This document shows positions 13,260-25,900 of a DNA stretch of 64,000 bases, piece by piece (position 1 is the first letter of the stretch; the number at the start of each line of letters is the position of its first letter). The notes beneath the pieces were generated by a model. The model was given only the letters and a program-made list of their open reading frames with translations. It was not told the origin of the DNA and did not search any database. Origin of the DNA: Octopus bimaculoides (taxonomy: Eukaryota). Made by a program: the position numbers and the translations under genes. The stretch is from the NCBI RefSeq assembly GCF_001194135.2, contig NC_069001.1, forward strand, positions 33,832,227 through 33,896,226. The letters are read 5' to 3'.

Positions 13260-13657
13260 CTACTTATTTCCTTCTTTATTTTTCTAAAATTTTCGTTGCG
13301 TCTTGCAACCTTTTCAACAGTTTAAGCAGGTGTGATTCGATGAAGATTTGACTGCTATTTCTAACAGTTTGGCCGATCTCGTAGATATATTAGAATTAGA
13401 AGTGGAGGGTAAAGAGGCGGAAAAACCCTTCAGAAAGCATTGTTTTTGACTGCTTAACACGAGGAAAAAAAGACGAAAAATTCAAGAAAAAAAAAAAAGG
13501 GCGGAGATGATAGCGGGGGTAAAAGAAATAAATAATGATTTCTTTATTTGATAATACTGAAATAACAACTTTAAAGAAGGAAGGGAAACGAAAACGAAAT
13601 ATATCTATCAAATCTACACGTGCATCTGGCTTGACAACACATGAGGCGTGCAAAACA

Positions 13658-13780
13658 TCAGTTTAGAAAAACGTCGTTCTCTTCTCTCATTCATTCATTC
13701 ATTCGCTCTTTTTCTTTTCACTTGCTTTTCACTTCGACTTTTCACTTGCTAGTTCCGTCTATCCACCCTTCGCACTCTGT
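13658..13780 (+). promoter_or_regulatory. Candidate TSS and non-coding first exon (Inr-like TCAGTT at 13658; donor GTAAGT at 13781)
   Basis: CpG-retaining unique sequence, Inr-like motif and a consensus 5' splice site; no ATG in the exon. Confidence 0.4.
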
Positions 13781-14189
13781 GTAAGTGTTTGTATGTGTGT
13801 GTGTGCATGCATATTTATGTGAGTATCTATATATATCTATATAATTTTCAGAAAGAAAAGGCGGACAGTGATTTCGAAGTTTTGGCAACTAAGTTGAAAT
13901 TGTCAACCTTTTCTTTGTAGAATTAAATAAAATTTAATACTCAGATGTATTGAGTCATCCTTTAATTAATGCTTGTATTAATAGTAAACATTAATGTGTG
14001 TTGTATTTTTGTGCTTATTGCCAAATATCTATCTATCTATCTGTTCAGTCGCTGATTCATTTTCTTTCAGTATGTGTTGCACTTGTTGCCCTTCCTACAA
14101 GACTTGACAGTCCTTTTTTCCCCAGACCTTGTCATCCACTGTCTATATTTCCCAACTAACTATCCATCCACTAACCTGCAGTAGAGCCC

Positions 14190-14405
14190 CTACGAAGTCG
14201 GCCAAACTGTTAGAAATAGCAGTCAAATCATCATCGAACAACACCTGTCTAAATAAACAACTGCCGTCTTAGAAGAAAGGATGCATTCGATAAGATAGTC
14301 CGTTGGGGGCACACTATATCTTAAAAAAACACGGGATGGTCACGGTTGGAATGCTGTTTATCATATTTCAATCAGAGCTGACCTGGGGTTAAACAAAAAC
14401 AACCA
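14190..14405 (+). mobile_element. Dispersed repeat family E (GCTAGAAATAGCAG..GCTGACCTGGGG..AAACAACAAC), probably a SINE 3' part
   Basis: Recurs at about 13330, 19990-20250, 20490-20740(-), 27370-27570(-), 34580-34790, 43720-43850, 48870-49050, 50490-50680. Confidence 0.7.
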
Positions 14406-15898
14406 CTAACCTGCAAAATCAAACAGTGAATGCACCTGATTGTTCATCTAAGCCACCCAGTCAGAGAAAGCTTGAGTAAGTGATGCACTCCACTTCTGGC
14501 TAAACTTATAAAAATCTGCCTTCCCGTCTATTTCTCACTTTCTATCTATCTATCGGCCACTTCCCACCTTATATTTCCAGTTACTTTTTCTTCTTCGTCC
14601 TCTTCTACAATCACTTTCTTTTTCTGTCGCCCTCTTCTCTACAAGTATACTTTTTTTCCGTGATTTCTATCGCCTTTACTCTTCCATTCTTTTTACTCTC
14701 TCTTTCTCTCCCTATATGTATGTGTATCTTTCTAACCACTTTCACCTTACATTCACTATTCCTCTTTTTTCCCCCTCCTCTTCTAATATCACATTCTCCC
14801 TTTCTATCTCTCTTTTTCCTTTCGTTGTCTTTCTCTTTTACTCTCCATTTCACCCCCAATCTCTTTTGTACTCATCAGAAAAAAATTCTCACCCTTTTCT
14901 TCCTTACCTTCACAACAAACACCAATATTTGAAAACATGGTGAATATTTTTTCATTATTACCACGGACAGTAGAGTTACTATATTCTACTTTCATTATTT
15001 CAATTTTTTAAAAATTATTTGTTGCATTGCTAGCACCTTCATTCGCACAGCAAGGCATAAACGCCACAATTTCACTATGTTCCCCGTTTAATAAACCTAA
15101 GACACGCGTTAGTTTATTTAACTATAAGAAAGTAATATAAATTGATACTCGTAGCAAGAAATCATTATTCCACAGAAAAAAATTGAAAAATTAACCCCTT
15201 ACAAAATTACTATATATAATTTAATATTATACATATATATTAACCACTTCCATTGCGGTATGGGCGTCATTAACGTCTCATGCTGCACCTTTTTATTTCA
15301 TATAATAATAAAACCACGCTTTTTTAATAGCCATTTAAACCTTAGCAATTTACCTCTACTTGTTAAGGGTTTCATTCATATACTCAAAGTCGTCATTATT
15401 ATTATTTATTATTTAATTATTACCTTCGTCGACGATGACGCTTAATTATTGTTGTTAAATATAATATAACCTGTCTATACGTATGTTTATGTCTATGTAG
15501 TAGAAATATTAAGGGTAAGATAGTTGTTGCTTGGTGCTCTCAGCTGTCGGCTGCACTTTTCTCCATTCCTAAGCAAACGTCGTGTGTTTGTTTGCAGACG
15601 ATACTTTCAATTCTAAAACCTTCGCCTTTCTCTCTCTCAACAATTCCATTAATTCTTCTTACTACTAGTATTACTAATTCTTTAGCAAGATTAACGCAGA
15701 AATAATACTGGTATACACTTTATTTACACGCAGACGACACGCCGACACGCACAAAAAGAAAATCAGTGAAACCTGTGTGTTACATGGATACTGTGTACAG
15801 TCTTCAAACTAACTTGGATTTTACCTAAGAAGAGACATTATTTATACATATATATATATGTTTATGTGTCAGTTTTTGTCCATGAGTTCTTTATGTCC

Positions 15899-15958
15899 AT
15901 GGCTAGTCGACCGAAGAGGAGTCCAGGATTGGTAAATTCTGTTGAGGACACTGTTAAG
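15899..15958 (+). CDS. Candidate first coding exon MASRPKRSPGLVNSVEDTVK (unknown protein)
   Basis: Acceptor tgtgtcag| at 15872, ATG in context tccATGG, phase-0 donor AAG|gtaggt. Downstream exon not identified. Confidence 0.35.
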
Positions 15959-18822
15959 GTAGGTAGAAACAACAAAATTCATTTTTTTTTTTCATTATTA
16001 TTATTTATCCTGGATAATGCTTTATATATATATATATATATATATTTACATTTACCCCCTTCCATTTCTTTTGTCATACGTCGTCGTCTTTACTTTGTCA
16101 TTCAGTTTTTTTAATTCTATTTTCTACAATTCAATGACGTGTGTCCTAGGTGTTTACATGGTTGATTGAAATATTCTGTTTTAATACACATGCTCCCATG
16201 TACGTGCACATACACACATTTGCCGAAAACATTATATTTCTATATCCTTTTTCGAATGAGGCCTCAGCTGGCAAAGCACTAACTACACGATTTCAATTTA
16301 AGACCTCTTAACTCAACATGTGGTTTGTGGACCAGTGCTCCACCCACTTGCTCTTTGTTTCGCTAATATAATGTATAAATGCAATAACATCGTCAAATTC
16401 CTTCTTTCTTACCCAACTCGTATAATGTTTCAAAATGAAGTCCACAAAAATTTGTGTAAATATGAAGTTGGATAGGTAAGTATCCGGCTTGGTGTTTGTC
16501 AGTCTTCGAGAGACCTAACAAAACGGTCTTGAGGTTTTGTAGCCTTCAATGGTAAAATTTAAACAAGAATATAAGGTAATTTTAAGAATTTAAAATAATA
16601 AAGTTCATTTAGTGGCAAATTGATAGAGATTGTATATTCCGGATCTTGTGCATTGAGTTCAGAACTCACCGCGGTTAACTTTGTCTTTCATCCTTTCGGG
16701 GTCGATGAAAACACAAATTATACTAGTCTAAGGCGGTGAAAAAGAGCGCCGGACAAGACGCCATGCAGTATCTATACCGGCTCTTTCCAGTCAAACAATT
16801 CTGCAATAACACTGATGCTTGGAGTTGGGATAATATCAATGTCATGTAAAGCAGACTGGCGTAGCCTGGGATTTTGGCCTTCCTGTGTAGAAGTCAAAAC
16901 AGCCAAACCCTTCGTTAACTTTGCCTGTCCAAAACATTTTCATAAGTTTGTCCTAAAAGTCTATGCTTGTTTTCAAACTTTTATTTAGCCCTCGTTTCAT
17001 ATGTTCTACGTAATATAAAGCTTTCTTTTCCTAAATCCCTACTTGCTTTGGTGGTTAAAAAAAAAAAAGGAAGAATGTTTCACATATGATGCATGGATGC
17101 CAAAGAAATATGTCCTGTGTTTTACATGTGTTAGACAGGACACCCTTAGCCTTCCTGTGTACATAAAGTGGCTACCGCTGGCTGGTCTGCACACACCACG
17201 CTACACCATTTGGTATCATTTCATGCTTGTATGATGGAACCGAAAGAATAAACATATAAACTACAGCATAAACTACAGATTACAAACGTATACATACAAA
17301 TAGTGTAAAGTAGAACCTTTTCTAACAGACTACATCGTTATATTTTAAATCGCTATTTGTGAAGAATAGCGTCGTTGGTTACACGTTTGCAACAGACCAA
17401 GCACCGACTGCATTTCTGACGGCGAGAATGACAAAGCAATGACTAAATTGATGCCGAAGAATTAGCTCATGGTACTTTATCTGTAAATTAACGATTTTCT
17501 TATTTTTCCTTTTTTTCGTCAATATACAGTAGCCGATATATATATATATATACACACACACAAATGATAATGTTAAACTGTTGCCCTGTTTAATACCCCC
17601 ACTCACCACTTAGTTCCTGAAAGAGTCATAGACATTGCTGTTTCTTTCCGACTAAAATGTAAAACAGACGCACAGACACACATACATAAACGCTACAGGC
17701 TTCTGTACCATTTCCATCTACCTAACACCACTCACACCGAAGTTACAAAAGAAACATGCTTACCGAAATGTGACGTTGTGGGATCGAACCGGTAATCCGT
17801 AATCGAAGTTCATAGCATAGATATGCCCTTGCTCACATTTGAAATAGTTTTTTTTTTTTTTCAATTAACATTTCATTTACTTTCTTCTCTTTTAATTAGA
17901 GATTTTGATTAATAGATAATATAAAGTACGAGTCAAGAAATACTGGGTCGATTTAATATTCTAGTAAAGCATCTTAGATGTGAAAGAAATAATATAACTG
18001 TTGTCTGCTAATAGAAATTGTCCAACATAATAAAAATATGGTAATATGTTGGAAACAATAAGAAAAAAGAAGACATGAAAATAAAAGTTCATAACTTGAA
18101 AAAAAAAAAAAAACGTAGGAAGCTTGTAGATGAAATCGCAGTCATGTTTTATATTATGTAAGTGAAGTATTTATTATTATATAATTATTATGACAGGCTA
18201 AACAAAGTTGATAGTGATTATTAACATGGTAAATTTGTCGAGGAATCACAAAAGACTGATAAAGATAGAGAAGAACTTTTAACACATTATCTTTCTAATA
18301 TTACTTTGTGGGATAAATTGTCTGAATTGTTGTTAACAAGATTATAATTTTCTGGTCAATTAAATTTAACTTTGGAGAACATACATGATAAAGATGAGGT
18401 TAACAGCTCGGAAATGTATAATCTTTATTGAAAAGAGGGATTTCCAAAACGGTCAAACTATCATTAATTCCGAGATGTCGGTATGTCTCATAAGACAATG
18501 GCTTTGCTCTACAATGCTAAGGCCTTGAAGGACATCACTTAGCTGTTCGTGCATGCAGTCTCTTCCAGAGGAGTTGCTCGAGTGTGTCTTCTGTGGTGGC
18601 CCTTGAGCTTGCAGTTAATATTATTCTGGCCACAAGGGCCAAACATAGAGGGGACAATACAAAAGTGAATACGGGGTCGGGGAGCGAATGCAATTACATA
18701 GAGATGACATTAAAAAATTTATGGAAAAATTTAGGGCAATCCCGCCCTCCCTCATTCTATATAGATTTATACTGTCTAAAAGTGCCGCCCCCATTAAAGA
18801 TTTCGTCCGGAGCGGACCGCCC

Positions 18823-19015
18823 TCACTCGTACCCTCTAGCTATGACACCGATGTTGTCAGAATATTCTGACAAGGTAACCGTCGGCATTAGTACACGCGA
18901 TCAGATACAGAGAGGCTAGGGTGAAAAAGGGAGTGAACGACGTATCCTCATACCGAAGGTTACCTTGTCAGAATATTCTGACAACATCGGTGTCATAGCT
19001 AGAGGGTACGAGTGA
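18823..19015. repeat. Perfect 58-bp inverted repeat with a 77-bp spacer; each arm contains the 20-bp palindrome TTGTCAGAATATTCTGACAA
   Basis: 18823-18880 is the exact reverse complement of 18958-19015. Confidence 0.95.
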
Positions 19016-19556
19016 TATCGAAGGACTGCCTCCTGGCACGGCCCGACATCAGTGTTGTCGCAGACGTTGCTGTTTGAATGGTACAACAAATCATCTCGTC
19101 CGATGCATTACTTTATAAATCTATTGGCTTGGACAAGTACTTTTATTCCATAGACCGCGAAAGAATAAGACGAAGTCGACCTCGGTGGAATATGAATTCC
19201 GAACGCGAAGATTTGAAGCAAATTTTCTCTATCAATTCACCGTATTAGTTTGAAAATGCAATAAAATATACCTGAATAGTCAGGAGAACAGATAGGTCCA
19301 TTTTACCCGTCTCCATCCCAAAACACACGCACATGAACATAAATAAAAAATGGTGCCCGCCAAATCAGAAAGATCCAAGGAATCCTTTTGAGAGAGAGAT
19401 AAACTCAGACAAAACTTCGAAATATAAGAAGTCAGAAAATGAATTGTTTTCGTTTTCTCTACCATTCCTCCTTTCCTAGTTTATTTTACTCCACATCTTT
19501 GTCACATCAGACATAAATTAAGCATAAATGTCACAAGAATATAGAACTTCAATTGT

Positions 19557-19587
<31 letters not shown>

Positions 19588-20924
19588 ACACATTTGCCAA
19601 ATCAATCCACTGACATTTGTTAACCTCTACATTCCTCGCGCACTTTCTAATCACCTGCGTTTCCGTGTGTAATATTTCACTACAAAGATGGGGACACCTG
19701 CTCTTTACCGATATTGGTTTGGTTTGGATTGGTTCTATGTTTGTTTATTACTTTTGTGTTAATGAGGCTTGGTTCTTTTTGGAGTATCCAAACCGACTAT
19801 ATCGTCGTAGCTATGTCTTCGTATCGAGTGTTAATAAGTTTAACTGTATGTAGTATGCCATCAAACTGTGCAGTGAGCCAACGAGGGAGCCTCTATGCAG
19901 GCATTCGATTTATTAGATATAACAGTCAAATCCCCTGCAAGTTACTCTATGATGGCTTTAAAAATTATATGTTGAATCTGGGGTAGGGGACAGGATGGTC
20001 ATAGTAGTGCCCACCCAGTCACCAAAGTCTGGCGAAAGGCCTGGGTCGTGGCTAGAATGCCTTTTACTCATGTCTACCTGATCAAGGCTGACCTAAGGAT
20101 AAACAAAAATTTGGCGCGTTAGCAGGCCAGAAGCAGTTTCTATGTAATCGTTTGATCTCCTGGATATAGTAACTACATGACCTCAAATCACACCCCATCG
20201 TCTTAAAAAATAGAAAAGACACATTAGACAATGTAGTGTTAGATATACAAGACGGCGGGATCGTGAAAGTTGTCTGCTTGAGTTGAGTAACTCGTCGAGT
20301 CCATTAACTTCAATATTGCGACACTGACGAAGTTGCTAAAAATACACAAAACAAGTTCAATTGAGATGCATTATGACTATGCAAGAAGACTCAAGCCTGC
20401 AGCCTTTTATACATTTTCTTATATAGGTTAAGAAGACTCAGAGGGGAGTGCTTAGTTGTTTTAGCATCCAGTGAGCTTTAACTGAGAAGGCTATGGTCGC
20501 AACTTTTCAATCTATCCCGTCCCGTTTTTTATCGAGGCAAGATTACATTATCCAATATATAATTTCTCCCATTTTTAAAACCTGTATGATGTCATTTAGA
20601 GATTTAGCTGCTATTTTTAACAGGTCGGGAATCTGCGCTGAGGTTTCTTATTGCGTAATCTGAGGTGAAACCTGGTCAGGCAGCCCCATCATGATCAAAG
20701 GCACTCTAGCTGCGACCATTTTTTTTTCTTTCTTTTAGTCATACAGTATCTAGAAGGAATCTCTAGAAGTTTTTAAATGCTATATATTGTACACAATTAC
20801 ACGAGTTGTCTTGCATGTGATACATACTACATATAATAAACTAAATATAAGTTGATTCACTTACTGTTTGTGACCTTTAGAAATCATGTTGATATATTTA
20901 TTTAAAAAAAAAAAACCCGCGTAA

Positions 20925-21000
20925 TGATGTACGGAAAAACGTCACTTCCTCTGATTTGTAGGGGATTTCCTTTGACGTCATTTAATATTTTCGGCACACA
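20925..21000. promoter_or_regulatory. Promoter-like motif cluster (CGTCACTTCC composite CRE-half/ETS site and full CRE TGACGTCA)
   Basis: aaaacgtcacttcctc at about 20936-20951 and ttgacgtcat at about 20972-20981, just upstream of an assembly gap. Confidence 0.35.
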
Positions 21001-21120
21001 TGACTTCAAGCAATATCACCTATTTTATAAGATAACATAGAATTTGTTTCACTGCAAATTTTGACAGCCAGTTTTCTTATTTCTTTATAAATAGGAAGGA
21101 CCGAAGGTGTACAGAAAAAA

Positions 21121-21497
21121 NNNNNNNNNNNNNNNNNNNNNNNNNNNNNNNNNNNNNNNNNNNNNNNNNNNNNNNNNNNNNNNNNNNNNNNNNNNNNNNN
21201 NNNNNNNNNNNNNNNNNNNNNNNNNNNNNNNNNNNNNNNNNNNNNNNNNNNNNNNNNNNNNNNNNNNNNNNNNNNNNNNNNNNNNNNNNNNNNNNNNNNN
21301 NNNNNNNNNNNNNNNNNNNNNNNNNNNNNNNNNNNNNNNNNNNNNNNNNNNNNNNNNNNNNNNNNNNNNNNNNNNNNNNNNNNNNNNNNNNNNNNNNNNN
21401 NNNNNNNNNNNNNNNNNNNNNNNNNNNNNNNNNNNNNNNNNNNNNNNNNNNNNNNNNNNNNNNNNNNNNNNNNNNNNNNNNNNNNNNNNNNNNNNNN
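21121..21497. other. Assembly gap (N run)
   Basis: N run. Confidence 1.
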
Positions 21498-21533
21498 TGA
21501 AAGAAGCCCGTCATATATATATATATATATATA

Positions 21534-21572
<39 letters not shown>

Positions 21573-21899
21573 CTGTGTTTGTCCCCCCCCCCAACATCGC
21601 TTGACAACCGATGCTGGTGTGTTTACACCCCGTAACTTAGCAGTTCGGCAAAAGAGACCGATAGAATAAGTACTAGGCTTACAAAGAATAAGTCCTGGGG
21701 CTGATTAGCTCGACTAAAAAGGCGGTGCTCCAGCATGGCCACAGTCAAATGACTGAAACAAGTAAAAGAGATATTTTTTTGATGAAATATTATTAGGGAT
21801 TGTATAAAAAAAATGTTCAAATATATCGTGTAGTGTAAAAATAATTTCCTGTTTATTGCACATAAATTTTAGCAAAATCTTATATGGAATCTGGTTGAG

Positions 21900-22082
21900 A
21901 ACCACTCAGACGCATTTTTTCCCTCCAAAAAATGGCTCAAAAAAGTCTCCCAGGTTCTACATGTGAAGTTAAGCATCCCATAAGCTTTAAATTCACAAAT
22001 AACTTTTGTTCCTGAATACGGGCTGCTGAAATTGGGGTGCGTCAAATACACCCGTGCGTCTTTTATGCGATCAAATGTGGTA
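21900..22082 (-). mobile_element. pogo/Tc1-mariner-type terminal fragment
   Basis: Ends gtgcgtcttttatgcgatcaaatgtggta; its reverse complement taccacatttgatcgcataaaagacgcac resembles pogo-like TIRs (TA-CCGTATTT..). Confidence 0.5.
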
Positions 22083-23064
22083 GTTTTTACTTATTGATTG
22101 TATATATATTTATTTCTACTCAAAATTATGCTGAGAAATATCACTTGAGATGTATCTTCCCCACTCGTTAGACTGCGGCCATGCTTAACTCTGCCTGGCA
22201 GTATTTTAGTCGACTGAATCGATCCCAGTACTAATTTTTTTAAAGCCTGGTACTTATTCTATCAGTCTCGTTTGCCGCTAAGTTATGGGGACATAACCAT
22301 CAACACCGGTTGTCAAGCAGTGGTGGGGAACAAATACTAATTCCCCCTCCCACACACACACACACACGCTGGGCTGCTTTCAGTTTCCATCTACCAAATC
22401 CATTCACAAGGCTTTGGTTGGCTTGGAGCAGTAGTACAGTACACTTGCCCAAGGTGCTCAGCAGTGGGGATGAACCCAGAACCATGTGGTTGGGAAGCAA
22501 ACTGCTTAACCCCACACAGTCACACTGGCAAAAATATTTAAATACGAACAAATATTAGAGAAAGGTAACTTAATAAGCACTTTCTAAAGTCTGGAAAAAT
22601 TGACGTCCATGCATGCTTACAGCATCAACAGCAACTAAATTAGATATGAATTGTATCACTAGAATTTATATTTCAGTAAAAAGAGGTAGACACTTTCCAA
22701 AATAGATTACACATGTTACAAGCATTTTGGTAGTAAATTGTTCACATGTTTAGAAGTATATATCAGAAATATCTTCTTTATATGCATAAATAATCTAATT
22801 TTTCTTATAAAACAATAGCTGGTTCAAATATAACCACAAACAACAAAGATAAACAAGAAACACCTGCACATAATTAATCATTACACCGTTAGTATAAAAT
22901 GTCGTATAATTCTTGTAAGGAATAGTGCATGAATCAATTAAAGGAGTTTGTGAACCATTTTTATTTGTAACTTTTTTTCTAGGTTGTTAAGCCTGCATTT
23001 CTTTTTCTGTCTTCATTTGACATTCATAATCCATGACAGATTGAGTTAGACAAAGAGTTTCTGT

Positions 23065-23125
23065 GCAACACTTCTTCATACAACTGTCCTTGTCCATACG
23101 CATCACATGACCATACCAGTAGAGT
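23065..23125 (-). mobile_element. Small RTE-LINE fragment
   Basis: LLWYGHVMRMDKDSCMKKC is the RTE LRWFGHV.RM motif. Confidence 0.6.
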
Positions 23126-23199
23126 ATCTGTGCACTACCAACTGACCAAGCCTATCAATACAAAGTGGCAGGCCTGGGATCAGAACTGGCTAACACTAG

Positions 23200-25900
23200 T
23201 ATATTCATTTTTATGTATAAAATAATTCGTTGTCATACAGTTTTATAGAAGAGATTTGCCAGGTAATTCTTGACAAATTACAAGAAGTTATCCAATGTGA
23301 AATCAATAGATTGATTACAAGAATTTTACTCAAAATCTTGAAAGGGAAAAATTCATTGTCCACATGATTTGTAGAACTTGTTTGCATGACTTTCTATTAC
23401 TTTCTATTACTCTGCTACTTCTGTTGTTTTTGTTTCATATTTACCTGTTCTGACAAATCTGTATCAAGACCAACACCTTCAAAGATATTAGGCTTCCATG
23501 ATTTGCCATTAGCTTGCAGAAGGCAATCCATGCTATAGCAACTCCAAGCCTTCAAGGGTACACATTATTTAATAATAGATATCACTTTCAAATTTTGGCA
23601 CAAGGCCAGCAATTTTGAGGTTGGGGCTGCCAATCACATCAACTGCACTATTCAACCGGTTCTTATTTTATCGACCCCAAAAGAGATGAAAAATAAGTTG
23701 ACCTTGGCAGAATTTGAACTTAGAATGTAAAGGCAGACTAAATGCCACTAACCATTTTGCCTGGCGTACCCTTGATTCTGCCAGTTCACCACCTGACTTC
23801 ATTATATACATCATTAAGACTTCTGAATTCTGTGGCAAAATTATTTCTTTTCGGTGGTTATCTTTCTTTCATCCACAAGGATACATTTGTTTATCAAAGT
23901 TGGCTGTTTTATCAAGTTTAAAGCAGTGTTTTCTCCCAACTTTTAAGTTATAGTATCTCCATAAGGCACTTGGACTTCTTGTTAAAGATCTGAATTTCCG
24001 AAGTAGTGCTGAAAATTATTAAATAAAAATGAAACATCTGCTTTAAATCACATCGGTTGGAAATTGTCTTCATTAAGAAGAAATATCCCAAAGCAGTTAG
24101 TTTGATTCACATCATTCTGTTGTGAGCAAATAACTAATGGCGTTGGCAAATAGGCTTCAAATAACTAATGCTTTCCATAAAACAGAACAGCATCCATGAA
24201 ATTCAAAGAAAATTCTGCCCATCTCCCTTCAACCATTGCCATAGGGAAAGTTATTCTAAAGGGAATTAGTCGTTTACTGCAATTTGCTCCAACTCTGATG
24301 TTTGTTGTGGTTATAAAGGAAAAAAAAAAGACAATTCCATCAGCCTTTCCATTGATATGTTGAATTTCTGCAACTGGCTTGTGCAACATACTTTAGTGTA
24401 TACGCTGAGATATGTACTGCACATACTAATTTCATCATAGGATACACTGTATTGAACTTCTCAAGTGAATCCAGCTGTACCCATAAACTCTTGTGCCTTT
24501 GTCCCTATTTTTTCCTTCAGTTATAAGTAATGTTTCTGAAAATATCATTGAATTTTAAAAGTTACTTTGTGTCTTTAGAAAGGATTTCCACATGCCCTGC
24601 TGTACTAGATTGAATTACTTCACCAATTCCCAAGAAAAGTGTACTTTCTTCTCTGTGGTTGTCTGTAATTTTCTGTAGCACAAACTGATTATCCTTCTGC
24701 ATTCTATCAGCTGAAGCATCACATCTGAAGGAGATAGCTCGAACTGAAGAGATTTGCTGTCAGAATTGATCTAGATCACATTGGATAATATTGTCTAGAT
24801 GTTCATTGTAAAAGCCAGGATTGGTGTATTGAAATTCAGAATCAGTAACATCATATGGAATAAATGACTTGATATGTTTGAAGTTTCTTCCTTTCAGAAG
24901 TATGTGTGTGCTCTGTCTCTCTCTCACACACTCTCTCTCTCACATTCTCTCTCTCCCACACTCTCTCTCACTCCCACACACTCTCTCACTCTTTCTCTCT
25001 GCCTCTCTCTCTCTCTCTATGTGTCATACCTACAGGTGTTGGCAGTCATGGATCTCCATGCCAAAGTCTGAAGTTTCATAATTTTTCTTGGATTAAGTTA
25101 CGTTAGTGATTTCCCATTGGCATTTGCTGGTTTATTTTCAGTTGACTCTACTGGTTTTCTGCTTTTCTGGTCTTATCTCTGAGGCATAAGACCCATTCAA
25201 ATTTTAAACAAGAAAACTGGTTCATGTGATATCATGGCATGTTCATACACTGATGGGCTTGTGTCACACACGTCTTGGGAGCAAACCTCCTCTGAGTCTT
25301 AGCCACTGGACCGTTTTCTGCTGTTTGACCGGGGCTCTTGAATGTATGGATTTTTTAATCATGTTTTTCAAATAAATACAAGAACAAAATAAGTGTTTGA
25401 TTAAGTTTTCAACATAGTCTTGATCTGAGCAAAGATAATGGGATCAATTGTAGAAGATCTAATGAGCTTTAAGCAATCAAAAGAAATTTCAGCCATTCTC
25501 TGTTTCATTGATTGCATTGGGACCAACGAGAGAGCATTTAACTTTTAGCCATTCTTGGTTATCTGAGCAGAATTCAAATCTGTTTCATTCTTTCTTTCCT
25601 TAGCAAATATGTTGGAGCAAACTGTTGTAGCTCTCTCTCTTTTTCAATCAGTTCAAATGGAACAAATGCTGTCATTCTATTTTCGCTCTTTTAGCCTCAA
25701 AATCTAGTAAAATATAGTTGAACGAAGCACAAATTGTTGTATCTATTCCATTGACAGGGATATGTATGGAGTTCATTTATTCTTATCTCAGCAATATTTC
25801 TTTTCACACTATATCTTTTTTTTTAGTATGAAAAATTTTTTTGTAAGAAGAATTTTCATTCGAGGAATATGAGCAACATTCATCATTCATTTGCTTCCCC
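23200..25900 (-). pseudogene. Decayed hAT-like DDE transposase, interrupted by a SINE (about 23585-23780) and a (CT)n/(CA)n tract (about 24910-25020); boundaries approximate
   Basis: Minus frame at about 24870-24410 reads KSFIPYDVTDSEFQYTNPGFYNEHLDNIIQCDLDQF*QQISSVRAISFRCDASADRMQKDNQFVLQKITDNHREESTLFLGIGEV..SLWVQLDSLEK..KLVCAVH. The first-D (D.S.D) and C..H motifs fit hAT; there are multiple stops. Confidence 0.55.
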
